Source: Eledone cirrhosa
Lineage: Eukaryota
Direction: 5' to 3'
DNA: 64,000 nt
Assembly: GCA_964016885.1 (NCBI GenBank)
Contig: OZ024752.1
Span: 14,570,001 to 14,634,000 of the forward strand
The translations under genes and the position numbers were made by a program. This document shows positions 29,691 to 42,921 of the stretch, piece by piece (within the stretch, counting starts at the first letter, position 1; the number at the start of each line of letters is the position of its first letter). A model generated the notes under the pieces. It did no database searches and had not been told where the DNA came from. It was given only the letters and a program-made list of their open reading frames with translations.

Positions 29691-30207
29691 TGGTTTCAAA
29701 ACACGTTTTCAGATAAAGAATCTTGCTAAACAAATTCAGAAAAGAAATATAAATAAATAAATATATATATATAAATAACTAAATATATATATATATATAT
29801 AAATAAATAAATATATATATAAATAAATAAATATATATATATATAAATAAATAAATATGTATATATATATACATATGTATATGTATGTATGTATATATAT
29901 ACATATATATATAAATAAATACATATATATATATATATACGTATTTATGTATATGTATGTATGTATATATATATACATATATATATAAATATATATATAC
30001 GTATTTATGTATATGTATGTATATATACATATATATATAAATAAATAAATATATATATACGTATTTATGTATATCTATGTATATATATATATAAATAAAT
30101 AAATATATATATATATATATATACGTATGTATGTATATGTATGTATATGTATATATATATAATAAATAAATAACAAAGAACGCTTATAGCATATGCATAT
30201 CTTTACT

Positions 30208-30253
30208 TGCTAACATTGTTTCATCCGCACTATAAGTGGGACTCATCAGAGCA
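30208..30253 (-). ncRNA. Type I hammerhead (GUU)
   Basis: Reverse complement: TGCT-CTGATGA-GTCCCACT TAT AGTGCGGAT-GAAA-CAATG-TT-AGCA. Confidence 0.8.
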
Positions 30254-30941
30254 TAAAGGTTAATTACATACCATACAAGCAATAACAAATCCAAGACATT
30301 GAAGAATGAAAGGTAATAATAGACGATAGAGGATAAGAATAAAAATAAAAATAAAAGTAAAAATAAAAATAAAAATAAAAATAAAAAGAAAAATAAGGGG
30401 TGCTATCAGTCACAGTTGGGCGGGGTGCTGTCAACATATAGTTACATACAAGCATACACATGGATAAGAGTACAGACAAGAGTAGACACATGGATAAGAG
30501 AACAGACAAGAGTAGATAAGATAATGGGATTAGGTAAGAGTAGGTAAAAAAAGGTAAAAAATAGGTGAAAAATAGACTTATAATATATATAAAAAGAAAT
30601 ACAAAGAAATACATAACAAACTTACATATAAAATATAAAATATAGGGTAAGGAATGAGATAAAATAATATAAAATTAAAAATTAAAAATTATATACATAG
30701 AACATAATATAGTATAATCGTAAAATAAGATAAAATAAGGTAAACTAAAATCAAATAACATAGACTAAATTAAAATAATATAATATAAGATATAATTAAA
30801 TGTATAATTAAATGTAATTAAATGTAATTAAATAAAATAAAATAAATAAATAAATAAATAAATAAAAATTAAATAAATAAATAAAATTTAAATTTAAATT
30901 TTAAAATTTAAAAATTTTAAAATTAAAATTTAAATTTAAAT

Positions 30942-30977
<36 letters not shown>

Positions 30978-31089
30978 ATGGAGTCAAGTAAGTAAATAAA
31001 TAAAATTAGATAACATGAAATGAAATAAAATGAAATAAAGTAAATTGAGATAAGATATATATTTTTTTAGAATATATCTCTTGAATATA

Positions 31090-32885
31090 TCAGGGGCCCA
31101 CGAAGGCACTAAATGTCACAGTTATGTGTATCACTTGACCAATTTTTTAAAATATATTTCATGAAAACATCAGGGGCCCACGAAGGCACTAAGTGTCACA
31201 GTCACCAGTATCACTTGACCTCGGGTGATGTCGAGACTGATGCGCCGCAACAGCCAAGCGCCCTCGCGAGAGTTGCCAGTTACTTTTATTAGGCGAGCCA
31301 CCAGTAAAGAAAGGAACCTCGCAATCAGCGGCCCGACTCCCCCAAATGTCTCGAAATCCACAGGTTGAAAAATTTAGCTGGCCGACAGATCAGAGTATTT
31401 CCGGGTCTTACTCCGCTCGGCTGCAGAAGCTGTGGCTCTCGTCCTAATCGCAGCATCCAGGATGTGGGAAAGAGCAAAAGAGTCACTAACAGTGACGTTC
31501 CAGACAAGGGACCTGCCTCTCGATCAGGGGCACAGTGTAAGGCCGTCAGTTTAAGGTTCCAAGACTGAGGGGATATTCACCCGGGCCAAAGTTCTCTTCA
31601 GAATAAGATTTAGCTCCGTGTGACGCGCGAAGCGGCCGGCATTCTGGCGGCAAGAAAGACTGTGGTGGCCTGTGGAGTCGAGGAATTTGCCGCATCGGCA
31701 CCTCAAACCCATGCAGACGTCAACTCCCACTCCGAGGACGATGGAGACACGAAGTTCGTCCAGGCTGAGTAGGCCACCAACGTTGGCCATGGGTAGGGCA
31801 TCAACCCAGTCGCCTGAGTATTTGGCGCTGGCAGATAGTAAGCGGCACCTTGCAAACTGATCTGACTGGACGAAGAGGGTTTCGAAGGTGGCATCCGAAC
31901 TTATGCTGTCCCAAGTTCTCTGACTTCGAGTGTCCTCCACCTTTCCAGCAAGAGACAAGCCCAACACACTCCATTGCTGGAGAGCTTCACCTAAATCCCT
32001 GTTGGAACTAGTCCCTTTTGGAGAGGAGAGGATGCTGCTCACCAGGAAGCAACCGTGGGTGGAGGAAAGGAAGCAGGGGAGAGAGAGGGACGAACACTTA
32101 CGAAGACCAAGACCCCCAAATCGCTTGTGCAACGCAGCCTGAGAGCGGGACTATGAAGAAAGTCTAACATTGACCAGGCACTCGAGTCTCGAAGATTAGG
32201 TCGTCGAAGTGTTGGAGGCAGAGCGGGAATCTGTGAGAGGAGCTGACCCTGAGCAGATACAGAAGCTTAGGAATAGACAGGTAGTTCCTGAGTATGAAGA
32301 AAACTTGATGGGGTTCCATAACTTCGATATTCCTCAGCAGTTGCTCAAGGCCAACCATCTTCGATTGAAAGTTTGACTCGAAGGCCAGGTCTGTGATTGT
32401 GGCTCCTAAGGAGCACCGAGCCGACGGGGGGGGGGACCCGCGATGGAAGGGAAGGACTCTGCAGATCTTACATTTGTAGCTATTGACCTGGAAACCCTGG
32501 CGGCCAAGCTCCTCAACCATTCTGTTGGCAGTGGCGAGAACCATATCCGGAGTTTCCCCAAAGCAGGCGTCGTCGAGGTACTAGACATTGAGGTCCAACT
32601 CAACTGCCATCTTGGTGACGTCATGAATACCCAGTGCAAACAGAGCGGGCCCGAGTGGGGCAGAGGTGGTGATTTGCTCACCGAAAGAGACATAGGAGTG
32701 CTACCGATAAACCTGCCAAGCAAAGTGGTAGATTTGTGGGACCTTCCCTCTTACTGAGCCGAGGACAACGTCGCGACAGACGGAGTTAAATACTTTCTTG
32801 AGGTCAAGTTTGAGAATGACCTTGGGGGACGAGGACGGCAAGTTGGCAAAGGCTCTGGTTGCGTGGACAGCAGCCTTACATCCCA
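31090..32885 (-). mobile_element. Decayed, 5'-truncated CRE-like non-LTR retrotransposon (RT + zinc knuckle + restriction-like endonuclease)
   Basis: GCKAAVHATR, KLDL...FNSV.R, PLGPALF, YLDDA (about 32566-32580), GGLGLR, CRCG...GHHSLSC, RH..LN, DGLTL.P*..G..LVWNVT, FETFG; multiple frameshifts. Confidence 0.82.
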
Positions 32886-32955
32886 CAAACATATTGTTTA
32901 TGTTATTCTACTGTAAATTGATATGGTCTGTATATATATATATATATGTGTATGT

Positions 32956-33028
<73 letters not shown>

Positions 33029-33035
<7 letters not shown>

Positions 33036-33780
33036 AATTTATATCTAGTAACATCTATATACACACAGATGCATATCAATGCTAGCAAATATATAGGTTT
33101 TGTCTTATTAACATTGTGGTTCAATGCATGGGGTTGCAGAACAATAATATGAGAGACGTAAAATAAGAAAATTATAAAATTAACTTACTTACTAAAAAAT
33201 CACTTCCAACTAATTAGTTTCTGGAATAGAGTAAATATATTTTCCGAAGAAACATATGGAAAATCATTCCGTCATCAGGAAAGTCTTTTTCCGTGTATGT
33301 TAATAAGACAAAACCTATATATTTGCTAGCATTGATATGCATCTGTGTGTATATAGATGTTACTAGATATAAATTCCTTATAATTATCTCCAATTCATTT
33401 GTCGAGCAATATTTTGCCATGACTGCTACTATGGTAGTAGGCTGGCCGCTGTCTTATTAACCACTCGCTTTCCACTGATTGACCTCGATGTCACGTGATT
33501 GATTCTTTTTGAATTTGCCACAGACGTAGAGGCAGTGATTTTCTCAATGGCTAGGAATCCAGTCCATGCTTCGCTATTTCCTTTCCACTGAATTATTTCT
33601 TTTAATATGTTTCCAGAGTCCTCGCTATGCCTGGAGACTTACACGGAAAAAGACTTTCCTGATGACGGAATGATTTTCTATATGTTTCTTCGGAAAATAT
33701 ATTTACTCCATTCCAGAAACTAATTAGTTGGATGTGATTTTTTAGTAAGTAAGTTAATTTTATAATTTCCTTATTTTACG

Positions 33781-33790
<10 letters not shown>
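33029..33790. mobile_element. HHR-bearing insertion with two interleaved inversions; HHRs at 33202-33284 (-) and 33653-33735 (+)
   Basis: 33029-33111 vs 33299-33383 and 33148-33297 vs 33640-33790 are inverted pairs; ACTTTC-CTGATGA-CGGAAT...ATTCCA-GAAA-CTAATTAG-TT-GGAAGT. Confidence 0.85.
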
Positions 33791-33846
<56 letters not shown>

Positions 33847-34025
33847 CAATAACAGAGATAGTTGAAAGCTAATCTCTGACTGGTAACCATCTCACTCAAC
33901 AAACATTAGGTTATATTTTAATATAAACCCAATTTAAGTGTTTGGGGTTCTAACATTATGTATTATGTGGAAAAGCCAATTGTATTATTTTATGAGATAT
34001 AATTAAAGTTAAAATATATCTCTCA

Positions 34026-34150
34026 TTCCAAACAATTGTTTCATTATAAGTTTTCTACAAATTCGGAGAATATTTCCAGTTTATGTAGAAGCCTAATATA
34101 CATTCATGTAAGAATATATTTAGGTGGGCGCTTATAAATCATCAGTGGAA
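34026..34150 (-). ncRNA. Type I hammerhead with branched, extended stem II (GUU)
   Basis: Reverse complement: TTCCA-CTGATGA-T-TTATAAG...CTTATAA-T-GAAA-CAATTG-TT-TGGAA. Confidence 0.8.
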
Positions 34151-34424
34151 GCCCATTAAACTTTGATATAAGAAAAACATTTCTTACCATAGTTAAAAAT
34201 CGTGTCTGTTAATTTGCTCCCTCCCGCATCGAATGACCGGCAAATTTGAAATTCCAGCAGTTTTCGACTGAGGAAGTATTGTAGCGTCACTAAGCGGGAA
34301 GGGGAGACAACCAAGATCCACGAAAGGAGGAAAAAAAAATAATATACACGCGGGTTAATATATATATATATATATTAGTATAAATAAATAAATAAATAAA
34401 TATATATATATATATATATATTTT

Positions 34425-34640
34425 AGGAACGATCGACTTTCGTCAAATCGGACCGAGGAGACAATGTTTCCCTCGGTCTTTCCAATGGCTAATACTATCT
34501 ATCGGTCTCAACTCCAGGTAGAAGGAGCAACGTGAAATAAAGCGTCTTGCTCAAGGACATAACGCATCGCCCGGTCCGAGAATCGAACTCACAACCTCAC
34601 GATTGCGAATCCAATTCTCTAACCACTGAGCCACATGCCT
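34425..34640 (-). mobile_element. tRNA-derived SINE (second family)
   Basis: Reverse complement has A-box TGGCTCAGTGG, B-box GTTCGATTC, then GTCCTTGAGCAAGAC. Confidence 0.8.
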
Positions 34641-34692
34641 TCACAATATATATATATGTATATATATGTGTGTTTGTGTGTGTGTTTGTGTG

Positions 34693-34792
<100 letters not shown>

Positions 34793-35066
34793 GGTTATTT
34801 TTTTCAAATGTTAAAGTATACACGCTATTCTTCCATGAATATATATTATCTCTGTAATTAGGTCTCACTGATCATTTCACGTTTACTCGATATTTTACAC
34901 GATAGAAATAGCTTTCGAATTGCTATATCAATTCCACCAGGAACTTATAGGTAGTGTTTTTAATTCAGATTATGTTAACAGCTTATGTGTTAAAGCGCAT
35001 GTTATAGACTACAAATCATGCGAAATATATTATAAATATTATATATATATATGTATACATATATGT

Positions 35067-35223
<157 letters not shown>

Positions 35224-35234
35224 TGTGTGTGCAC

Positions 35235-35975
35235 ATATAAGTACAAATTCAGCAAGAACCGCATTTCTGCGGGTAGAAAGAGCGAAACGTAACGCAAATT
35301 CCGAGTCATGCTGGCAAGCGCTCCGTGGTTGAAAAAAGACCAGAGCAATAAACATAGGTTATAAAGGCCATACAAACTGAGAAGGCGGTCAAGAAGCCAT
35401 TAACCACCTAAGCCAAAAGACAAGTCAAGCTAAACAGGTCAGGCAAAATAAATGACATAATCATATATATATATATATATATATATTTACATATACATAT
35501 ATAACAAACCTGTACCCTAGGAATTGATGGTAAAATCCAGTACAGGGTTTCCGTGACACCTAAATCAATAATACTGTCTGCTTAAAACAATAAGCTTTTG
35601 TTATAATGATCGAACGAGGAATATCAACAGTTATTTCGTTCTGCACCAGTGCACATACGTAACTCACAGGGGAAAAAACCCAGATTTTGGCAAATGAATT
35701 CAGTATGTGTAAATCCATGCAAAAAATTGCATAAATAGCACGAATCGGATAAGCTCTCGGCTGGGTAGTTTTTAAAATAAACTTATGCAATTAATCGGTC
35801 AATAGAATTATTAACAGGTTAATTGTAAGACTCGGGAGATTAATACAAGTATAAATTCAGCGAAAATCGAATTACGACTGGTAGAAAGAGCGAAACGTAA
35901 CGCAAATTCCGAGTCATGCTGGCAAGCGCTCCATAGGCTAAACAAGACTAGAGCAATAAACATAGGTTATAAAGT
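35235..35975 (+). repeat. About 130-bp direct repeats (35235-35367 and 35846-35973) bounding a unit of about 610 bp in microsatellite; pLTR-like partial tandem
   Basis: Shared GGTAGAAAGAGCGAAACGTAACGCAAATTCCGAGTCATGCTGGCAAGCGCTCC..AGAGCAATAAACATAGGTTATAAAG. Confidence 0.7.
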
Positions 35976-36000
35976 TATATATAGGTTATATATATATATA

Positions 36001-38105
36001 TATTGTGATACTTGGAGAGGGTCGTATTGTTGTAATACTATTGACTGATATAATAACAGAACACACTCAGTGTTTGGTTGGTTTTCGCTTCTGCATCTTT
36101 TATATCTCCATAGTTAATTTATTTGGCCATCAATGTTTATCACTGACTGTCCAACGGTCAAATATACAGATATAAATTCATTTATATAGTCCAACAAATT
36201 TCTTTCGGTGCACATCTGAACATCATCAGTGGTACTATTATCATGTTTCCCCCTACTGTATTGTATTGTATTATAATGTCTACGCCATTTTTATTTTATC
36301 TATTTATTTATTTATTTTTGTCTACGTCTCTGCGCATGCGTTTGCGTGTGTGTATAGTGTTTGGGTGTGTGTTCGCTTTTGGGTGTATGTGTTTTGGTTT
36401 TTGTATTCTATCTTTGTTTATTAGTGTGTGATTATATGCGTTTGTTGTTATTTGTGCGTGTGTATATATTTATTTATCTATTTATATTTCTCTTAAGTCA
36501 GTATTGTTTGTTTGGGTGAGGTTGTTGTTGTTATTCCATTTAATTTTTTTCTGTTTAGCTTTGGCCTTCTAAGCTCTATTTCGCTCGTTTCTCTGATTTG
36601 CCTATCTGTTGGGTCATTTCTATGTTTACATATTATTTTAATTTCTATGTTGTCTATGTTACCTTCATGTTGTCTAGCGTGTTCGTATAGTACTAAACAA
36701 TCTTTCGTCCTTTTAGTTCCCCCCAGTGTTGGTCTATTCTTTCTCCTATGCTTCGATCTGTCTCACCTATGTATGTCGTTGTCATGTTTCTGCAAGTACC
36801 CTCTGCACATCTTATACTATAGACGACATTACTAGGTTTACAGTTTTACTGGAGGTTTATTTTACATATAACACATTTCTTATTAGTACAGTTGGTTTTC
36901 TTAAAGGGGTATGTTTTGCTGATCAGCGATTTTATGGTAATTCCTCGCTTTTCTACCAATTTAATCTTTAAGTGGGTCTTTCTTAGGGCCTTTCTACATT
37001 GGTTAGCTAATTTCCCTTCAGGAGAAGCATCCACGAACATGACACTCTGGTATATCTGGTTGTAATACCATGAGGTGGCTTTCCATATCTAATGTTTAGT
37101 ACTATCTAAGCTATTCCATGATTTGCTCCTGTATAATGGGCAAATTCCTTTCATGTCCAGTTCTATGAGGGTCTTATACTTCTCAGTGTCTCTTCGTATA
37201 CTTTGATTCTGTCTCTTTGGTTGTAACCAGAGAACTGCATGCGGTTGATGAAGTGTTGGATGTGTCTTCTCATTTCTGTTGGGTCGCACATGCGGGACAC
37301 GTTCTTCATCACTCGTACCAAGTCTGCGATCAGAATTTTAAACTTAGCACTACTGGGCATTGCTGAGATTTAGAGTATCATGTATTTGCAGGCCATGGGT
37401 TTAGCATAGTGTGAGTGGAAAATTTGGGCCCTCTCGTCTATAGTGTTAATCCAGAGTTCCGTATCTAATACCGGTAGTCTATTGTTAGTGTGTTTGTAAA
37501 GGTACTCAACATTTACAGTTATACTCTGGTGTATGGAGTTAACTATCTTCTGGATGCATTCCATTGTGCTAAATTCTAAATCATGTTCGTTAGTACTCTC
37601 TTGTGGGGATGTCCTTATTACTATATTAATATCGTCTATGTAACGAGAGTACATGACGAGATCTATGGAGCTCTCTTCAAGGAGATCTTTGAGTCTCCTT
37701 TCTCACCATACCATAAAAGGATTGCCAACGTCACCAGCTATGCTGACGCTAATGGCTGCTCCCTTATTTTGGGTGTAGATCTTTTCATTGAATTTGAATA
37801 TATGCCCCTTTAGGTTAGTTTTAATACTAGCCCCTATTGCATGCGCGACCATTTTTCTCGCCTGTTCATTGTTTTGGGTGTCCGTATGGCTTCGGTCCAC
37901 CGATTGCACCTTCCCATGCGAGTCGCTTTTGCCATTGAGGTTATGGTAGGGTCTCTACAGTGATAAACATTGATGGCCAAAGGAATTAACTATGCAGATA
38001 TAAATGATGCAGAAGAGAAAAAAACTCAACCAAACTAAGTGTGTTCTGTTATTATTTCTGGCAATAGTATTACAACAATATGACCCTCCCCAACTATAAC
38101 AATAT
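36001..38105 (-). mobile_element. Decayed Naiad-like PLE (RT core to GIY-YIG, degenerate HHR about 36192-36233) with an inverted pLTR at its 5' end (about 37955-38105)
   Basis: HIFKFNEKIYTQNKGAAI, SRYIDD, LPVLDTELW, HYAKPM, SGYNQRDR, FVDASPEGKL, YIGE; 38020-38104 is the inverse of 36001-36100. Confidence 0.87.
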
Positions 38106-38217
38106 TTGTTTCGACACACGATTTCATATCAAAAACCTCGCCAAATAAATTGACCGGCGTCATATATATATATATATATATATACATATATATCACCTTA
38201 CTTCTGAATCCCTAGCT

Positions 38218-38286
<69 letters not shown>

Positions 38287-38430
38287 TTATTTAGGTTTGT
38301 AGGTTCACCACTGGATATAACTGGCCATTCCGTATGGTCAACCTCGATGTAATATTAGGGAGAGCACTCAACGTAATGCAACTCACCCGTCTTCGTTTGT
38401 GTAGTTGGTGGTGCGAGTACGGAGTTAATT

Positions 38431-38833
38431 ATTATAAAATAACAGGACGCTGGACTAGAGTAATTCCTTAAAGGGTTTATTATACTATGAACATTTCAGT
38501 GACCGGGTTCAGTATGAATCCGGTGACATCATCAGGTATTCGAAATTTAAGAAAGGAATAGACAAAATCCATAGGGCTGAAAAGAAGAGACAAGAGGGCG
38601 ACCGACATTTAGCAGCTTGAAGGCGCCTGACCGGACTACAAGCTGCTAAATGTTCAGCCTCCCTACTGTCTCTGCTTTTCAGCCCCATGGATTTTGTCTA
38701 TTATATTCCTTTGTTAAATTTTGAATACCTGATGATGTCACCGGATTCATACTGAACCCGGTCATTGAAATGTTCATAGTATAACAAACCTTTTAAGGAA
38801 TTACTCCAGTCCAGCCTCCTGTTATGTTATAAT
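38431..38833. repeat. About 400-bp imperfect hairpin with hammerheads in both arms: 38482-38539 (-) and 38725-38782 (+)
   Basis: Arms 38431-38619 and 38639-38833; ATAC-CTGATGA-TGTCACCGG..CCGGTCATT-GAAA-TGTTCA-TA-GTAT. Confidence 0.87.
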
Positions 38834-38978
38834 ATATATATAGTGGTAGAACACTGGAAGATAATACCACTAGTGGTAGAGCACTCAGTCCATGGGACGG
38901 GTTAGGTAGAAGTGGTTACACAACAGTTAGTTCACCATACGGAGAACAATTGTTTCACCTTAGCGGATCTTCAGCTCG

Positions 38979-39017
<39 letters not shown>

Positions 39018-39019
39018 AT

Positions 39020-39134
<115 letters not shown>

Positions 39135-39159
39135 CATATATATATACATATATATATAA

Positions 39160-39870
39160 ATGTTGTTATACTTGGGGAGGGTCATATTTGTGTAATAATA
39201 TTGCCAGAACTAATTACAGAACACACTCACTGTTAGGTTGGTTTTCGCTTCTGTGTCTTTTATATTGGTTAATTTCATTTATTCGGTCCTCAATGTTACC
39301 ATTGACTGACGAACGGTCAAAAATACAGATATAATATAGACACAAACACATATATATATAGTCTAACACAGTTATTTCGTTGCACATCTGCAACATCGTC
39401 AGTGGTGCTATTATGTTTCCTCCTGTTGTATTGTATGCCTACGCCATCTTTATTTCGTCTGTTTATTTATTTATTTATTTTTTGTCTTCTCTGCACATGT
39501 GTTTGCGTGTGTATAGTGTTTGATGTGTGTTCGTGTTTGGGTGACTGTGTATTGGTTATTGTATTCTATCTTAGTTTACTAGAGTTTGTTGTTATTGTGA
39601 TTGTGTATGTATGTATTTATTTATTTATACCGCTCTGAGGTCAGTATTGTTTGTTTGGGTGTTGTTGTTATTCCATTTATTTTTTTCTGTCTAGCCTTGG
39701 CCTTCTAAGTTCTATTTCACTGAGAAGGCCAAGGCTAAACAGAAAAAATGAATGGAATAACAACAACACTCAAACAAACAATACTGACCTATATATACAT
39801 ATAAAATATAGAGGTTTACATATACATAAACTAGACAGAGCCATAGATATAGATATACATATATGTGTTT
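39160..39870 (-). mobile_element. Naiad-like 3' UTR fragment (degenerate HHR about 39365-39407) with fold-back at about 39720
   Basis: Homologous to 36001-36580; AGAAGGCCAAGGCTA inverse of TAGCCTTGGCCTTCT. Confidence 0.78.
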
Positions 39871-40203
39871 TTGGCATCCATTCACGGTGTGGCTCAATGT
39901 CGAATTAATTAACTAAATAATCAACAATCAGAGCAATATATAAGAAAGTAAGTCCATAGAATCATTTGATAAAATATATACAGTATTTCTCCTCATAATC
40001 AGCATAATCAACCACATAAAAAATCAATTAAACGAGGCTATAAGTTTAAAATGTACCTATGAAGAAACAATAGATAAATAAATGATAGATGTTTATGTCT
40101 GCATAATTAATACTTTGTAGATAGCAGCCGTTTTCAGGTTATACAACTGTTATTGAAACACGTGTCAATAAATTCTTTTTTACTGAACTGTATCCATTTA
40201 AAT

Positions 40204-40286
<83 letters not shown>

Positions 40287-40416
40287 GAGAGATATAGAGA
40301 TATTTATATATATATGTATATATATATGTGTGAGTGTGTGTGTGTATATATATATATATACATAATATATATATATATATACATAAATCTATATATCTAT
40401 ACATATATATATATAT

Positions 40417-40456
<40 letters not shown>

Positions 40457-40510
40457 ATATATATATATACATATTTATATATATATATACATATATCTAT
40501 ATATCTATAC

Positions 40511-40581
<71 letters not shown>

Positions 40582-40607
40582 TCTATATATATATATATAC
40601 ATATATC

Positions 40608-40643
<36 letters not shown>

Positions 40644-40652
40644 CATATATCT

Positions 40653-40745
<93 letters not shown>

Positions 40746-40754
40746 TATATATAC

Positions 40755-40785
40755 ATATATTCTTTGCAATTTTTGAAAAAATATG

Positions 40786-40849
<64 letters not shown>

Positions 40850-41740
40850 CGTTATTCCGGGTTGAATCGGAGGTAACCACAGTAAGTAAGGTACTCAATA
40901 CATAGCAGAGTATAACAGTTTTAATATAGATGCGATTCTAAAGGACTAGAACTGTTTCATTCATTTGAAATCATCATTCCTGATGATTTCAAATGAATGA
41001 AACAGTTCTAGTCCTGTAGAATCTCATCTATATTAAAACTATATATATATATATATATGTGTATATATATATATATATGTATATATATGTATATGTATAT
41101 ATATATGTGTATATATTAATTTTAATTTCTGTTTACCTATAATTATATTCTACTATAGATAAAATACAATATCTGTTTTAATTATTATAAACCTAATTAA
41201 CATATACTATAGAAATTAACATATAATTTTTAATTTAGTTAACCTATAATTTATATTCTACTACCGATGTAATACTTTATTTGGTTTTTTCCCTATTACT
41301 AAATTAATTTCCTAATATTGATACCATAACGTTAATAATTTTAATTTAGTTATACTATATCTACTACTATTTAACTTCAAAATTCCGCTTCAAATATTAT
41401 AAACCTAAGTAGTATACACCTTAGAAATCAATATATTGACTATCTTTAATTTAGTTAACCTATAATTAATAGTCTACCTATATTAAAATGCATAATTTTG
41501 CCTTCTTTCTTACATTTCCTAATACTGAAACTACTATGTAAACACATATTATGATCTAAATGCAGATTAATATTCTATGTTTCTTGAAACCTATATTTAC
41601 TATAATCCCCTCCCCCCCTATTATTATTTGTATTTGTAAGCGTGGATGTATGTATGTATATGTAGGTAGGTATGTATGTTTGGGTGTTTGTATGTGAGTA
41701 TAAAAATACATATGTGCGCATGTAAATAAGGGTGTATGAT

Positions 41741-41794
<54 letters not shown>

Positions 41795-41981
41795 TGTATC
41801 TATGTATTTATGTGGGTATATGTGTGTATGTATATGTATGCGCATATATACGTCTATGTGTATATGTGTGCATGTGTATATATGTACGTATGTGCGCATG
41901 TATATGTGAGTGTGTGTGTATATATATATATATATATTTGTAGTTGATGTGTGTATGTGTATATATATATGTATGTATATG

Positions 41982-42050
<69 letters not shown>

Positions 42051-42143
42051 GTATATGTATGTGTGTGCATATTTGTCTGACTGCGTGTATTAATTAATTA
42101 ATTTATTTATTTCTTTTATTTCTTTTATTTCTTTATTTTTATA

Positions 42144-42194
<51 letters not shown>

Positions 42195-42525
42195 ATATAT
42201 ATGTATGTGTGTATGTATGTGTATGTATATGTGTGTGTGTGTGTATGTGTGTATATATTTATATGTGTATATGTATCTCTATTTATATATGTATATATGT
42301 GTATGTATATCCCTTTATTTATGTATGTCTGAGTTGTGTGAGCGTGTGGTTGTGTTTGTATGTGTATACGCATACATGGATGTGTATGTATGTGTATATA
42401 TGCGTATATGTATGTGTGTATGTGTGTGTGTATATATGTATGTGTATGTATGAGTATGTATATGTATGTATGTATATATATATATATGTGTATATATGTA
42501 TATATATGTATATATATATATATAT
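40755..42525 (+). mobile_element. Family A 3' UTR fragment
   Basis: Colinear with about 49133-50710. Confidence 0.85.
40850..41040. mobile_element. Family D fold-back nested in a (TA)n of family A; HHR core at 40980-41013 (+)
   Basis: Palindrome 40917-41040; CTGATGA-T-TTC AAAT GAA-T-GAAA-CAGTTCTAG-TC; 5' stem I strand lost at the junction. Confidence 0.75.
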
Positions 42526-42883
42526 ACAATATTAAATAAATGGAAAACTATATTTATAAAACCATATTTATTTCATTATATATATTTCGGGGATATCATA
42601 TTAACAATATGCTATGCCTTCATCAGACAAAATACAATATAAACAGTTTTATAGACAAATAGGTTCGACATACCGTTATAACACCGACTTCATTTGAAGA
42701 GGTTTACTCTGGCTGTGAAAAAATTTTACACAGAGAGAAAGAAAAAGAAAAAGAGAGAAAACAGAAAGAAAGACAGAAAACGAAGAAAAGGAAGAAAAAG
42801 AAGAGAAAGAGGAAATGCATGGAACAAAATAGAGAGATGGAAAGATAGATAAAGCGAAGAACTTCATGTAAAGAAACAGAAAG

Positions 42884-42921
<38 letters not shown>

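Noticed and set aside
34560-34640. tRNA gene
   Set aside because: A and B boxes are present but continue into a SINE body; no intact cloverleaf.
38431-38833. ADAR hyperediting in this hairpin, or an integrated viroid
   Set aside because: Arm differences are mixed in type and direction; the arms are homologous copies, as expected from a pLTR inversion.
40055-40175. GAAA-CACGTG-TC half-hammerhead
   Set aside because: No intact CTGANGA or stem I partner upstream.
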